From: Verrucomicrobiota bacterium
Lineage (GTDB): Bacteria; Verrucomicrobiota; Verrucomicrobiia; Limisphaerales; Palsa-1400
NCBI GenBank assembly: GCA_049510745.1
Contig: JBEKYR010000008.1
Span: 64,001-128,000, forward strand
Direction: 5' to 3'
DNA length: 64,000 nucleotides
The translations under genes were made by a program, and so were the position numbers. Position 1 is the first letter of the stretch; every line of letters starts with the position of its first letter. The notes beneath the pieces were generated by a model, which was given only the letters and a program-made list of their open reading frames with translations, was not told where the DNA came from and searched no databases. Of this stretch, positions 31,001 through 40,771 are shown piece after piece.

Positions 31001-31243
31001 GCCTCCACCCGCATGCGGCCGCTGCTGATGACGAGCTTCTCGGCCTGTATCGGCCTGTTTCCGGCGGCGATTTCCACCGGCATTGGAAGCCAGGTGCAGC
31101 GCCCGCTGGCCACAGTGATCGTGGGCGGCATGCTGGTCGGACCCATCATGCTGCTGATCGTTGTGCCGGCGCTGAAAATTGTGTTTCTGGGGCGTGGAGA
31201 CGATAAACCCCTGGCAGAATCTCAATCCCTGGAATCCATATGA
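28007..31243 (+). CDS. CusA/CzcA family RND transporter
   Basis: IEAYP, GAVDFGIIVD, EFLPQLEEG, GSQVQRPLATV. Confidence 0.95.
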   Translation: MLKSLISACLSRRAIVVFALLAFAGAGCFAFKKLNIEAYPNPTPVILEITAQAAGLSAEEMERYYTIPIEIGLYTTPGIEVIRSTSFYGLSFIRVVFKYGIDYHFAYAQADIAIQQNVTLPGNQTPQIQQNSSTGEIYRYQVVGPKRFGLTNLRTVQDWIVLRRLSTIPGIVQVNSWGGTTKEFDVEVDPQKLEAYNVTVPQVLTALGNANINVGGREIRIGQQSINIRGVGLIDDGGGDDLTQGYKVDDIENAVLTQANGVPVLVKDVAKVKVGYVPRLGICGRDQEDDVAASIVVMSRVEQTAKMLPKVKAEVAKMNRDGSLPPGVKLVPFYDRGSLIALTTHTVLHNLIFGCLLVFLIQWIFLGDLRSAVIVGVNIPFALFFAIMLLVAQGESANLLSVGAVDFGIIVDSAVILVENIFRNFQRSAEERKGLLARLTDGFYGPDPTNELHSRPGHSWTERLRLILVSALQVDRAVFFSALITVAGFVPLFTMQGVEGQIFAPMARTYGYALAGALIATFTVTPVLASFFLPQRVEEAETLVVRLLHRVYNPTLRFALGHRALMVGVGIVFLAATAFLSLRLGSEFLPQLEEGNFWIRASMPMTLSLEDGEAATRKMRLILLKYPEVVTVVSQHGRPDNGSDASPFSNVELFVPLKPLDEWPKGLTKEKLTEQVQKEFQNELPGVTFNFSQYIQDNIEEAISGVKGANSVKIIGPNLGMLEKFAAQVRDEMSQVRGVADLGIFPVLGQPNLNIKVDRAKAARYGLNSGDVTAVIQAALGGAAASTVLEGDRQFGLVVRFAPEYRDSIEKIRNIKVGYQTGSGANAYIPLRELATITLDTGAAWIYHESTQRFIPIKFSVRGRDLGSTVAEAQARLAKKVKLPSGYRMVWAGEFEDLQLAKERLELVVPVSLALIIGLLYCLFNSLLECVLTLSGIPFAIAGGVLALYVSGLNFSISAAIGFVSLFGVSVMNGILLITYFNQARLHGWTPVESMFHAASTRMRPLLMTSFSACIGLFPAAISTGIGSQVQRPLATVIVGGMLVGPIMLLIVVPALKIVFLGRGDDKPLAESQSLESI

Positions 31244-31767
31244 AAGCGGCGCGTTTCCTTTTCACAATAATTGGCTTTGGCGCATTAACGCATGGGGTGG
31301 GTTTTGCCGGCGAACCATCCAGTCAACCATCCGAGCCGGTTTTCCATGCGAATCATACAACCGGTGATCGTTCGGCCAAGCCAGCGCATGGCAACCCAGT
31401 GCGCGCCAAAACAGATCAGACGGACGGAAATCATTCCAACCCCAAGGACGATGGCCACGCCTCCGCAAAGAGCAGCCAGGCCGGCCCGGTGAATGCCCAG
31501 ACCAAACCCACGTCGGGAAATGAGCTTCATCAACCCGGGCTGAAAAAAGCCGCCACCGCCGCAAACGATGCATTGATGAAGAACAGAATCGCAAACCACC
31601 GCGAACAACCTGCCAAGTTGCCGGTTGGCAGCGGGACCACCGCGTCTTTGCCCGGCGTAGTTCGCAGCCGAAGCGCCTCCACGGCCGTCGTCGGTGGAGC
31701 GGCGGCCACCAACGCCAAACACTCGGCGGCGGTGGTCAATGGCACCGACATGAGGAGGAAGCCTTAG
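31240..31767 (+). CDS. Secreted low-complexity hypothetical protein
   Basis: ATGA overlap with the RND gene, signal peptide, position inside the operon. Confidence 0.65.
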   Translation: MKAARFLFTIIGFGALTHGVGFAGEPSSQPSEPVFHANHTTGDRSAKPAHGNPVRAKTDQTDGNHSNPKDDGHASAKSSQAGPVNAQTKPTSGNELHQPGLKKAATAANDALMKNRIANHREQPAKLPVGSGTTASLPGVVRSRSASTAVVGGAAATNAKHSAAVVNGTDMRRKP

Positions 31768-31780
31768 CTCATTTGAGGTT

Positions 31781-33265
31781 ATGACACCATCTCGCAAGCC
31801 GCACGTAATATGTTTGACGATGCTCGCCGCTTCGGCGCTTCTGACCAATTGCGCGGTGGGGCCTGACTTCAAGAGGCCTGCGGCGCCACAGGTCAATGGC
31901 TATACTCCGGGACCGGTTTCGACCACCGGCAGTGCGACCAACGTGGCCGGTGGAGAAGCCCAACGCTTTGTCACGGGTCAGGATATTGCGGGAGATTGGT
32001 GGACACTGTTCCACTCCAAGCCGCTCAATGCTATGATTGAGCGTTCGCTCAAGGCCAATCCAAGCCTCAAGGCGGCGCAAGCGGCATTGGCGGTGGCGCG
32101 GGAGACGGTCAAGGCCCAGTACGGCGCTTATTATCCCGGCGTCGCCGGTAGTTTCTCCGCGGCCCGCCAGAAGACAGCCGGCACAATTTCGCCCACGCCC
32201 AACTCCGGGGCATTATATTTCGATCTTTATACGCCCCAGGTCAGCGTGTCGTACGTGCCGGATGTGTTTGGGCTCAACCGGCGAACCGTGGAATCCCTCA
32301 AGGCGCAGGAGCAACAAGCGCGCTTCGCCCTGGTGGCGTCGGATATCGCGCTGAGCGCCAATGTGGTTGCCGCGGCCATCCAGGAGGCCTCCTTGCGGGA
32401 GCAGATTGACGCGACCCATCATCTCATCGAGATCAACACCAACATGCTTCGAATACTGCGCACCCAGTTTGCCAAGGGTTATGCCAGCAGGCTCGATGTC
32501 GCGGCGCAGGAATCACAGCTCGCGCAGATCGTTGCCACACTGCCGCCGCTGCTTAAACAACTGGCGCAACAACGCGATCTTTTGGCGGCGCTCTCCGGGG
32601 GCTTTCCCAGCGAGGGACCGGCTGAGGAGTTTGAGCTTTCGACTTTGCAACTCCCGCGGGAGTTGCCGTTGAGCCTGCCGTCGCAACTGGTGGCGCAACG
32701 CCCGGATGTGCGTCAAGCCGAAGAAAACATGCACGCCGCCAGCGCGCAGGTTGGGATCGCCGTTGCCAACCGGCTGCCGACTTTTATGCTGAGTGCGGAT
32801 CTCGGCTCTGACGCGCTGGCCTTCGGCCAAATGTTCTCTTCTGGGACGGGCTTTTGGACCTTGGCCGGATCCGTGACGCAACCGCTTTTCCAGGGTGGGA
32901 CCTTGCTCCATCGGGAGCGGGCCGCCCGGGCGGCCTATACTAATGCCACCGAACTATATCGCAGCGCCGTCATCACCGCCTTTGAGAACGTAGCCGACAC
33001 GTTGGCTGCGCTCGAAGAGGATGCCGATGGGCTGCAGGCCGCCGCTGCCGCCAGGGATGCCGCCAAGGTCACGCTTGATCTGTCCATGCAACAATGGCGG
33101 ACGGGCTACGCCAGCTACCTGGCGCTGTTAAGCGCCGAACAAGCCTATAACCAAGCCGTGATCAACTTCGTTCAGGCCCAGGCCAATCGCTTTGCCGATA
33201 CGGCGGCACTCTTTGAGGCTCTGGGCGGCGGATGGTGGAACCGCGCCGATTTCACCAAAAAGTAA
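31781..33265 (+). CDS. Efflux outer-membrane lipoprotein (NodT family)
   Basis: CAVGPDF lipobox, QRPDV.QAE, ALGGGWW. Confidence 0.94.
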   Translation: MTPSRKPHVICLTMLAASALLTNCAVGPDFKRPAAPQVNGYTPGPVSTTGSATNVAGGEAQRFVTGQDIAGDWWTLFHSKPLNAMIERSLKANPSLKAAQAALAVARETVKAQYGAYYPGVAGSFSAARQKTAGTISPTPNSGALYFDLYTPQVSVSYVPDVFGLNRRTVESLKAQEQQARFALVASDIALSANVVAAAIQEASLREQIDATHHLIEINTNMLRILRTQFAKGYASRLDVAAQESQLAQIVATLPPLLKQLAQQRDLLAALSGGFPSEGPAEEFELSTLQLPRELPLSLPSQLVAQRPDVRQAEENMHAASAQVGIAVANRLPTFMLSADLGSDALAFGQMFSSGTGFWTLAGSVTQPLFQGGTLLHRERAARAAYTNATELYRSAVITAFENVADTLAALEEDADGLQAAAAARDAAKVTLDLSMQQWRTGYASYLALLSAEQAYNQAVINFVQAQANRFADTAALFEALGGGWWNRADFTKK

Positions 33266-33453
33266 TTGGTGAAACCGCCCGCCCGTTTGCCCTGGTCATC
33301 ATTGGCGGATTGATCTCGGGCACCGTGCTGACGCTTTTCATTCTGCCGCTGCTTTATCCCTGGTTCGAGTCCAGACAAGATGAACAACTCGCGGCGGAGA
33401 TCGAACGGGAAACCCACCGCCCCCTCGGCCCGCAACCCCCGCCGGCGGCGTAG
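33265..33453 (+). pseudogene. C-terminal remnant of a second CzcA-type RND gene
   Basis: ETARPFALVIIGGLISGTVLTLFILPLLY matches the last TM helix of this family. Confidence 0.7.
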
Positions 33454-33524
33454 GGGATGATCCGCAAACGAACGGAGCGCCTGCCAGACGTGACGATTCA
33501 GGGCGGCCACTGTCAAAAGAAACC

Positions 33525-36320
33525 GTGATGAAGTCTCTGGAACGAGGGAGCCAAGCGGGCGTATTCACGGTGCCATTGGGCGCGGTCCGCCTCAAGGATT
33601 TACCGCGCGCCGGGGGCAAGGCGGCTCATCTTGGGGAGATGATCGCCGCCGGGCTGCCGGTCCCGTCCGGATTTGTCGTCACGACGGAGGCCTGCAAGCG
33701 GTTCCTGCAATCCGATAGCCGGATTGGGGATTGGTTGGAGCGATTGGAGAGGTGCGATCCTCGAGATGCGGCAGCCCTGCGCGCCGCCGCGGAAGAGGTG
33801 AGGCAGCAGTTAAGCGCAATCGTGGCGCCAGGCGAGGTGGCGGACGCCATCGCGGCGGCCCTGGCGGCCGAACCTGGCGGCGCCCGGGCCGTGCGTTCGA
33901 GCGCGACGGTCGAAGACCTGCCGGAGGCGTCGTTCGCCGGCCAGCACGATTCGTTTCTCAACGTGCTTGGACGCGAGGCGGTCCTAGGGGCGGTGAAACG
34001 TTGCTGGCTTTCGTTGTTCTCCGAGCGGGCCATTTCATACCGGATGCGAAAAGGTGTCGCGCCCGGCCGCGCGCAGATGGCCGTCATCGTCCAGCAATTG
34101 ATTGACGCCGAAGCCGCCGGCGTGATGTTCACCACCGATCCGGCGGGCGGCGATTCCGACAGCATCGTCATCGAAGCCGCGTTTGGGTTGGGCGAAGCGG
34201 TGGTTCAGGGCAAGGTGGCGCCCGACCGCGTCGAAGTGTCGCGTTCGGGGCTGCAGGTGGTCCGGCGTGATACAGGCTCGAAGCGAATGCAGATCGTGGC
34301 CGCGAAAGAGGGCGTCCGCGAAGAACTGCTGGCGGCGGAAAAGGCGGGCGCTCCAGTGCTGGATGACGAGACGGCGGCAAGGTTGGCGCGGTTGGGGCTT
34401 GAGGTGGAGCGGGTCCTGGGCGGTCCGCAAGACATCGAGTGGGGCGTGCGCGGCAAGGAAATTTGGCTCTTGCAGGCGCGAGCGGTGACCACATTGCGGC
34501 CCGGGCGGACGGCCAGTTTCGAGGACCGCCAGGTGTGGACGAACGCCGGCACGGGCGAGGTGCTGCCGGATGTGGTGACCCCGGTGACGTGGTCGCTTTT
34601 GCGGCTGTTCTGCCGCGATTATCTGGACGGCTCAATTCGGGCTTGTGGCATCCGGCTTAAGGCCGAGCAGGCGAATGGCCTGGTTGCGGGGCGGGTGTAT
34701 TTCAACTTCAACACGGCGTGCGCGCTGGCGCGCCTGGTGCCGGGATTGAAAGAGCGAAGCATGGAAAAGCTCACCGGTGGCCGTCAGGAAACCATGCTGG
34801 CGCTGAAACAGATCAGGATCTCGGAAGCCGATCTGCCCCGGATTGAGATTCGGCGCTGGAAGGCGGCGGCGGCCCTTCCGGTTGTTGCGTTGCGATTTCT
34901 TTTCTACTCGCCCAAGTGCGGTCAAGCAACGGTGGACAAGTTCTGGCGGCTCGACGAAGACTTGGCCCGCATCAATCCCGGCTCGCTTTCCGACGGCGCA
35001 TTGCTGGCCGCGATACATGAGTCATTTTCCCCCGCGGCGTTGAACGGGTTGAACGTGCTCGACGAAGTAGTCAGCGTGGCCAGCTTGTTCTTCGTCCATA
35101 GTTCGCTTCTATTCACCCTGTGCGAGCGATGGTTCGGCCAGGAGGGGCGCAGGATGGCGAACCGGCTGCTAACAGGCATGGGCGACATGAATGACGCGGC
35201 GGCGGGTCATGAACTGTGGCTGCTGGCGGAGCAGGCGGCTCGGGACCCGGACATCAAAACCGTTCTGCTCGGGGAGCGCGCATTCTCCGTCGTTGCCTCG
35301 CGGCTGGAGGGTTGCCGGGGCGGCCGGGCTTTCCGCGTCCAGTGGGACTCCTTCATGCATCGGCATGGACACCATACGCGCGGCGAGATCGAGTTGTTCA
35401 ACCCGCGCTGGTCGGAATGCCCCGACCTCGTGCTGGGCATGGTGCGCGGCTACGTTGAAGCCATCAACGCAGGGCACCCCGGCCCGGTCGTCCGCCGGGA
35501 CGCATTGGCCAGTGAGCGCGTTGCCCTGGAGAATGAGTGCCTCGGCAGACTGAGGAATCCTTTGAAACGGGCATTGTTCCGGTTTGTCCTGCATCGCGGG
35601 CAGAAAGGCGGCCAACTCCGGGAGAATCTCAAAAGCGAGATGATCCGATGGCTGACGTTTCTGCGCTGTTTTCTGCTGGAGTTGGGCCGGCGCCTGGCGG
35701 CGCGCGGGCGGCTGGCGGATGCGAGCGATATCTTTTTTCTGGAAATCGAGGAACTACAGAGCGGCTCTTTGTTGGACCCGGGCACAGATCTGCGCGCGCT
35801 CGTCGCCGGGCGGCGGGCGGAGTATGAGCGAAATCTGAAACTGACTCCACCCGCCGTGGTCGTCGGCCGGTTTGATCCCGACCGCTTTGCGCCCGAAGTG
35901 GTGGATCGCGGGACGAAGGTGTTCCATGGGCTTGGCGTGAGCGCGGGCGTTGCGACCGGCCGCGCGCGCGTGGTGCTGCGGTCAGACGCCAACGAACGCG
36001 TGCAGGCGGGAGAGATCCTGGTGGCCCCGTTTACCGATCCGGGCTGGACGCCTTATTTTGTCGCGGCTGCCGGCATCGTGACGGACTTGGGTGGCATGTT
36101 GAGCCACGGCAGCATCGTGGCGCGCGAATATGGGATTCCGGCGGTGGTCAACGTGGGGCCGGCGACGCAAATCATCCGGACCGGGCAATGGCTCGAAGTG
36201 GACGCGGATCGGGGCGTGGTGAAGGTGCTCGACACGGCGCCGGAGACACCGGCAACGATCGGGAGCTCAGCCCCGCCGGTGCCGGGTTTTCAGGTGACTT
36301 TGGCTGAAAAGGAGTTATAG
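33525..36320 (+). CDS. PEP-utilising enzyme with rifampin phosphotransferase-like architecture
   Basis: ATP-grasp (GGKA, AVRSSAT.ED..SFAGQ, LLQAR), long central domain, swivel TDPGWTP..SHGSIVARE. Confidence 0.88.
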   Translation: MMKSLERGSQAGVFTVPLGAVRLKDLPRAGGKAAHLGEMIAAGLPVPSGFVVTTEACKRFLQSDSRIGDWLERLERCDPRDAAALRAAAEEVRQQLSAIVAPGEVADAIAAALAAEPGGARAVRSSATVEDLPEASFAGQHDSFLNVLGREAVLGAVKRCWLSLFSERAISYRMRKGVAPGRAQMAVIVQQLIDAEAAGVMFTTDPAGGDSDSIVIEAAFGLGEAVVQGKVAPDRVEVSRSGLQVVRRDTGSKRMQIVAAKEGVREELLAAEKAGAPVLDDETAARLARLGLEVERVLGGPQDIEWGVRGKEIWLLQARAVTTLRPGRTASFEDRQVWTNAGTGEVLPDVVTPVTWSLLRLFCRDYLDGSIRACGIRLKAEQANGLVAGRVYFNFNTACALARLVPGLKERSMEKLTGGRQETMLALKQIRISEADLPRIEIRRWKAAAALPVVALRFLFYSPKCGQATVDKFWRLDEDLARINPGSLSDGALLAAIHESFSPAALNGLNVLDEVVSVASLFFVHSSLLFTLCERWFGQEGRRMANRLLTGMGDMNDAAAGHELWLLAEQAARDPDIKTVLLGERAFSVVASRLEGCRGGRAFRVQWDSFMHRHGHHTRGEIELFNPRWSECPDLVLGMVRGYVEAINAGHPGPVVRRDALASERVALENECLGRLRNPLKRALFRFVLHRGQKGGQLRENLKSEMIRWLTFLRCFLLELGRRLAARGRLADASDIFFLEIEELQSGSLLDPGTDLRALVAGRRAEYERNLKLTPPAVVVGRFDPDRFAPEVVDRGTKVFHGLGVSAGVATGRARVVLRSDANERVQAGEILVAPFTDPGWTPYFVAAAGIVTDLGGMLSHGSIVAREYGIPAVVNVGPATQIIRTGQWLEVDADRGVVKVLDTAPETPATIGSSAPPVPGFQVTLAEKEL

Positions 36321-36328
36321 TTGAGGAT

Positions 36329-37513
36329 ATGTTGGGCGAGTTTCTTGTGCGGCGATGTCTGCTGTGCGCGGGTGCGCTGGTGATGGGCGGGTTCATTGCC
36401 CGCGCCGACGTGGAGAGAGCCGTGCCGCTGTCGCCCTTTGTCAGCGTGCAGGCGACCGAGCCGCTGGCGACGGAGCCCGGCTCGCATCCGGGGGCGTTCA
36501 CGATTTCCCGGGCGGACGGCGCCGGCTCGGCGTTGACCCTTTCCTTCGCCCTGGGCGGCACCGCGAGCAACGGGGTCGATTACGCCGCCGTCCCGACCTC
36601 GGTCACTCTGGCCGCCGGGCAGTTGTCCACGAACATCGTCATCACACCAATCAGCCAGCCGCAGGCGGGCGGATACAAGACAGTCAGTTTGACCCTGCCT
36701 CGCCACGCCCTGGCAAGCCCACCGGCCCCCCCGGTCTTTATCGTCGGTTCTCTGAATCGGGCGGTGGTTTATATTGTCTATAATTACACCAATGTGCCGC
36801 CCAAGGTCGTGTTGGTGACGCCGACCGATGGCGCGTCATTTCTGTCGCGGCCGAATATCGAGCTGGGGGCCAACGCGTCGGATTCCAACGGGTGGGTGAC
36901 GGCGGTTGAGTTTTTCGCCAACGGCAAGAGCCTTGGCGCGGTGACGAACAACCCGTTTCCGCCCGGCTCGGCGGAGCCGCTGGCGGTGCGGGAGTCGCAC
37001 GGATCAATCGAGCCGATGTTGCCGGGCGTGCGGGTGAGGCGGTTCCAATTTGTCTGGACCAACGTTCCTCCGGGAACCTACGCGCTGACGGCTGTGGCCA
37101 CGGATAATGCCGGGCTGCAAGCCACCTCTGAAACGGTCAACCTCTCCGTCACGACCAACCTGCCGGCGCCGCAGGTGCGGATCGTCAACCCGGCCAGGGG
37201 CGCGGATTTTCCGGATTTGGCCGCGATCAACATCTACGCGGCGGCGGGCGAAGCCGGGGGCGTGGTCGATGCGGTGGAATTCTTTGCCAACGGCGTCAGC
37301 CTGGGCTTGGCGACCAACTACCTGGCCGCCGAACCGAGCATCCAGTTCCATCTCCGTCTGCAACGGCTGCCCTATTACTTCCGGTGGACCAACGCTCCGG
37401 TGGGCAGCAATGTGCTGACCGCGGTCGCCATCGACAACAACGGCACGCTGGCCACTTCCGCGCCCGTCACAATCAACGTGACGACCAATATCTATCACCG
37501 CCGCCACGAATGA
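36329..37513 (+). CDS. Secreted Calx-beta and Ig-like domain protein
   Basis: GTASNGVDY, two VEFFANG...LTAVA.DN Ig repeats. Confidence 0.85.
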   Translation: MLGEFLVRRCLLCAGALVMGGFIARADVERAVPLSPFVSVQATEPLATEPGSHPGAFTISRADGAGSALTLSFALGGTASNGVDYAAVPTSVTLAAGQLSTNIVITPISQPQAGGYKTVSLTLPRHALASPPAPPVFIVGSLNRAVVYIVYNYTNVPPKVVLVTPTDGASFLSRPNIELGANASDSNGWVTAVEFFANGKSLGAVTNNPFPPGSAEPLAVRESHGSIEPMLPGVRVRRFQFVWTNVPPGTYALTAVATDNAGLQATSETVNLSVTTNLPAPQVRIVNPARGADFPDLAAINIYAAAGEAGGVVDAVEFFANGVSLGLATNYLAAEPSIQFHLRLQRLPYYFRWTNAPVGSNVLTAVAIDNNGTLATSAPVTINVTTNIYHRRHE

Positions 37514-37631
37514 CGGGGGAGATGCCAATTCCATCCAAAGGCGGCCCAGGAATTCGAGGAAGCGGTTCGCCATCACCGTCAACGCGCTGACAAACTTTGA
37601 ACACCTTGCGCAGTCCGGCGGGCGGGCGATA

Positions 37632-40253
37632 ATGAGAGCGATGGAAGTCCTGGCCACCAGCGCGGAAAGAGAAGTCATCGCCATTCAAGGGGCGCGCGAG
37701 CACAACTTGAAAAACATCTCGCTGGAGGTGCCGCGCAACCAATTGGTGGTGGTGACGGGGGTGAGCGGCTCGGGCAAAAGCACGCTGGCCTATGACCTTC
37801 TATTTGCCGAAGGCCAGCGCCGCTTTTTGGATTCGATGAACCTTTATGCGCGCCAGTTCGTCCCGCAGCCGCCCCGCCCGGAGGTCGATCTGATCACCGG
37901 CATCCCGCCCTCCGTCAGCATTGAACAGCGGCAGTCGCGCGGCGGCGGCAAGAGCACCGTCGCCACCATCACCGAAATCTACCATTTCCTGCGCTTGCTT
38001 TTCGCCCGGCTCGGCACGCTCCATTGCCCGCGCTGCCAATGCCCGGTCCAGGCGCAGACGCGCGACGCGGTGGGCCGGAAGTTGGAGCAGGAGAGGAGAC
38101 GGCGCGGCCCGTTGCTCCTGCTGGCGCCCGTGGTCAAGAATCGGAAAGGCTTTCACACCGAAGTGGCCGCCTGGGCCGCCCAACACGGCTACGCCGAGGT
38201 CCGGGCCGACGGGAAAATCCATCCGACGGCGGAGCCGCTGCGGCTGGACCGTTTTCGCGAGCATGACGTGGAAATCGTCGTGGGCGTCCTGGAAAGAAGC
38301 CGCGGAGGCGCGCGCCCGGAATTGATCGACCAAGCCCTGGAATTGGGCCGCGGCCAACTTTACGCGCTGGGGAAGGACCGGCAAACGAGCGTCCATTCCA
38401 CCGAGCGGACGTGTCCCCAATGCGGGCAATCCTTCGGGCCGCTGGACCCGAAGATGTTCAGCTTCAATTCCCCGCGGGGCTGGTGCCCGGCCTGCCGGGG
38501 TTTTGGCGAGCGGTTTTACCTGCCCGACGTCGAGCGCGGGGCGCGGGCGGAGGCGATCGAGGAATCCTGGTTCGAGTGGCAGGAGGGCAAGCGGGAACCC
38601 TGCGGCGCCTGCCAGGGCGCGCGCTTGAACGAAATCGCCCGCGCCGTGCGTCTGCGCCTTGGCGCCCGGCAAAAGCACGGGCTGGGAAATTCCCCCACCA
38701 TCGTCGATGTTTCCAATGCCTCGGTTGATGCCGCCCTGGCCTGGTGCGGCGGGCTGCGCTGGGAGGGACGGGAAGCGGCCATCGGGCGGGACATTCTGCC
38801 CGAAATCCGCGGGCGCTTGAAGTTCCTGCGCGAAGTGGGGCTGGGCTACCTGCAATTGGGCCGCGGCGCCACGACCCTCTCCGGCGGCGAGGCGCAGCGC
38901 ATCCGGCTGGCGGCGCAGCTCGGGTCCAATCTCAGCGGCGTGCTTTACATTTTGGATGAACCGACCATCGGGCTGCACGCGCGCGACACGGCGAAGCTGC
39001 TGGCGGCGCTGGAGACGCTCAAGGGGCGCGGCAACTCGCTGCTGGTGGTCGAACACGACGTGGAAACGATGCGCCGGGCGGATTACATCGTTGATCTGGG
39101 GCCGGGCGCCGGGGTCCACGGCGGGGAAGTGGTGGCCAGCGGCACGCTCCGGGAATTGATGGCGCACGAGGACTCGATCACCGCGCGCTGCCTGCGCTGC
39201 CGCAAAACCTATCCGGCGCGCGGCCGGCGGCGGCCCGTCGCGCCGGGCCGGAAACAGGAGAGCCTGGTGCTGTCGGGGGCCCGGCGGCACAATCTGAAGG
39301 ACCTGACGGTGGCCTTCCCGCTGCGGCGCTTTATATGTTTGACTGGTGTGAGCGGGTCGGGCAAGAGCACGCTGTTGCGGGATTGCCTTTGGCCGGCCCT
39401 GCGCGGGGCGGGGGTGGAGGGGGCCGGGAAGGTTTCCGGGCACGAATCGCTGCGGGCGGTCCACGAGGTGGACCAATCGCCCATCGGCCGGACGCTGCGC
39501 TCGGTGCCGGCCACCTACGCCGGGTTTTTCGACGACATCCGGCAACTTTTCGCGCAGACGCCCGAGGCGCGCCTGCGCGGTTACGCGGCGGCCCGTTTCT
39601 CGTTTAACAGCGGGCCGGGGCGGTGTCCGGAATGCCTGGGGGCGGCCATCAACAAGCTGGAAATGAATTTCCTGCCGACGGCCTGCGTGCGGTGCGAAAC
39701 CTGCCAGGGCGCGCGCTTCAACCGCGAAACGCTGGACGTGCAGTTTCGGGGACTGAACATCGCCCAGGTGCTCGACTTGACTGTGGAACAGGCGCTGGAG
39801 ACCTTCGGCGCCTTTCCCCGCATCGCGCGGGCCTTGGCGGCGCTGCGCGACACCGGGCTGGGTTACGTCAAGCTGGGCCAGCCCAGCCCCACGTTGAGCG
39901 GCGGCGAAGCGCAGCGGCTGAAGCTGGTCACCCATTTGTTGACAGGTTTCGGCCCGGCGGACGAGGCCCGCCCCCGCTGCTGCCTGTTCCTGGTGGAGGA
40001 GCCGACGATCGGGCTGCACATGGCGGACGTAACGCGGCTGGTCGAGGTGCTGCAACGGCTGGTCGATGCCGGGCACACGGTCATTGTGATCGAGCATAAC
40101 CTGGAACTGATCGCCGAAGCCGACTGGATCATTGACCTGGGGCCCGAGGGCGGAGAGGGAGGGGGGCGGATTGTCGCCCAGGGCACGCCGGAAGCGGTGG
40201 CCAAAAACCGGCAATCGCACACTGGACGATTTCTCCGATCCCTGCTTCAATAG
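37632..40253 (+). CDS. uvrA: Excinuclease ABC subunit A, unit 1
   Basis: GAREHNLK, two GVSGSGKS, LSGGEAQR, zinc fingers; final Walker B reads LVEEP. Confidence 0.9.
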   Translation: MRAMEVLATSAEREVIAIQGAREHNLKNISLEVPRNQLVVVTGVSGSGKSTLAYDLLFAEGQRRFLDSMNLYARQFVPQPPRPEVDLITGIPPSVSIEQRQSRGGGKSTVATITEIYHFLRLLFARLGTLHCPRCQCPVQAQTRDAVGRKLEQERRRRGPLLLLAPVVKNRKGFHTEVAAWAAQHGYAEVRADGKIHPTAEPLRLDRFREHDVEIVVGVLERSRGGARPELIDQALELGRGQLYALGKDRQTSVHSTERTCPQCGQSFGPLDPKMFSFNSPRGWCPACRGFGERFYLPDVERGARAEAIEESWFEWQEGKREPCGACQGARLNEIARAVRLRLGARQKHGLGNSPTIVDVSNASVDAALAWCGGLRWEGREAAIGRDILPEIRGRLKFLREVGLGYLQLGRGATTLSGGEAQRIRLAAQLGSNLSGVLYILDEPTIGLHARDTAKLLAALETLKGRGNSLLVVEHDVETMRRADYIVDLGPGAGVHGGEVVASGTLRELMAHEDSITARCLRCRKTYPARGRRRPVAPGRKQESLVLSGARRHNLKDLTVAFPLRRFICLTGVSGSGKSTLLRDCLWPALRGAGVEGAGKVSGHESLRAVHEVDQSPIGRTLRSVPATYAGFFDDIRQLFAQTPEARLRGYAAARFSFNSGPGRCPECLGAAINKLEMNFLPTACVRCETCQGARFNRETLDVQFRGLNIAQVLDLTVEQALETFGAFPRIARALAALRDTGLGYVKLGQPSPTLSGGEAQRLKLVTHLLTGFGPADEARPRCCLFLVEEPTIGLHMADVTRLVEVLQRLVDAGHTVIVIEHNLELIAEADWIIDLGPEGGEGGGRIVAQGTPEAVAKNRQSHTGRFLRSLLQ

Positions 40254-40271
40254 CGCCGACGCCACCATGCC

Positions 40272-40742
40272 ATGAGCGCTGCTTACGAAGAAATTTTCGA
40301 GGGTCAAACGCTGTTGCGCGCGCCGCCCGGCCCGCGCCACGAACAAATCTGCGCCCGCCTCCATGCGCGTGTGGCCGGGGGGTTGGAGGACAGTGCGGTG
40401 ACGCGTCTGCTCAGTCCGCGCTCCCTGGTGCAGTTGTCGGCCGCCACCCGGATTCGGCCGGATTTGGCGCTGGTCACAATCGCCACCGGCAAACTCTGGA
40501 TGGCGGTGGAGATCATCGACTCGGCGGACCACCATCCGGACACGGTGTTGAAGAAAAGCATTTACGAAGATTTCAAAGTGACGCGTTTATGGGTGATTGA
40601 TCCGCGCTATGACAACGTCGAGCTTTACCACGGCACGAGCTACGGACTGGCGTTGCGGGGCATCCTGGCCGGGCGGGAGCGGTTGCAGGAACCGCTGCTG
40701 CCGCGGTTCGATATGACGGTGGCGGAACTCTTTGAAAGATAG
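40272..40742 (+). CDS. Uma2 family endonuclease
   Basis: P...H..I, RPDL, AVEII, K...Y, LWVIDP. Confidence 0.85.
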   Translation: MSAAYEEIFEGQTLLRAPPGPRHEQICARLHARVAGGLEDSAVTRLLSPRSLVQLSAATRIRPDLALVTIATGKLWMAVEIIDSADHHPDTVLKKSIYEDFKVTRLWVIDPRYDNVELYHGTSYGLALRGILAGRERLQEPLLPRFDMTVAELFER

Positions 40743-40771
40743 GAAACGCAAGCGCCCCGCGGCCGGCCGGA

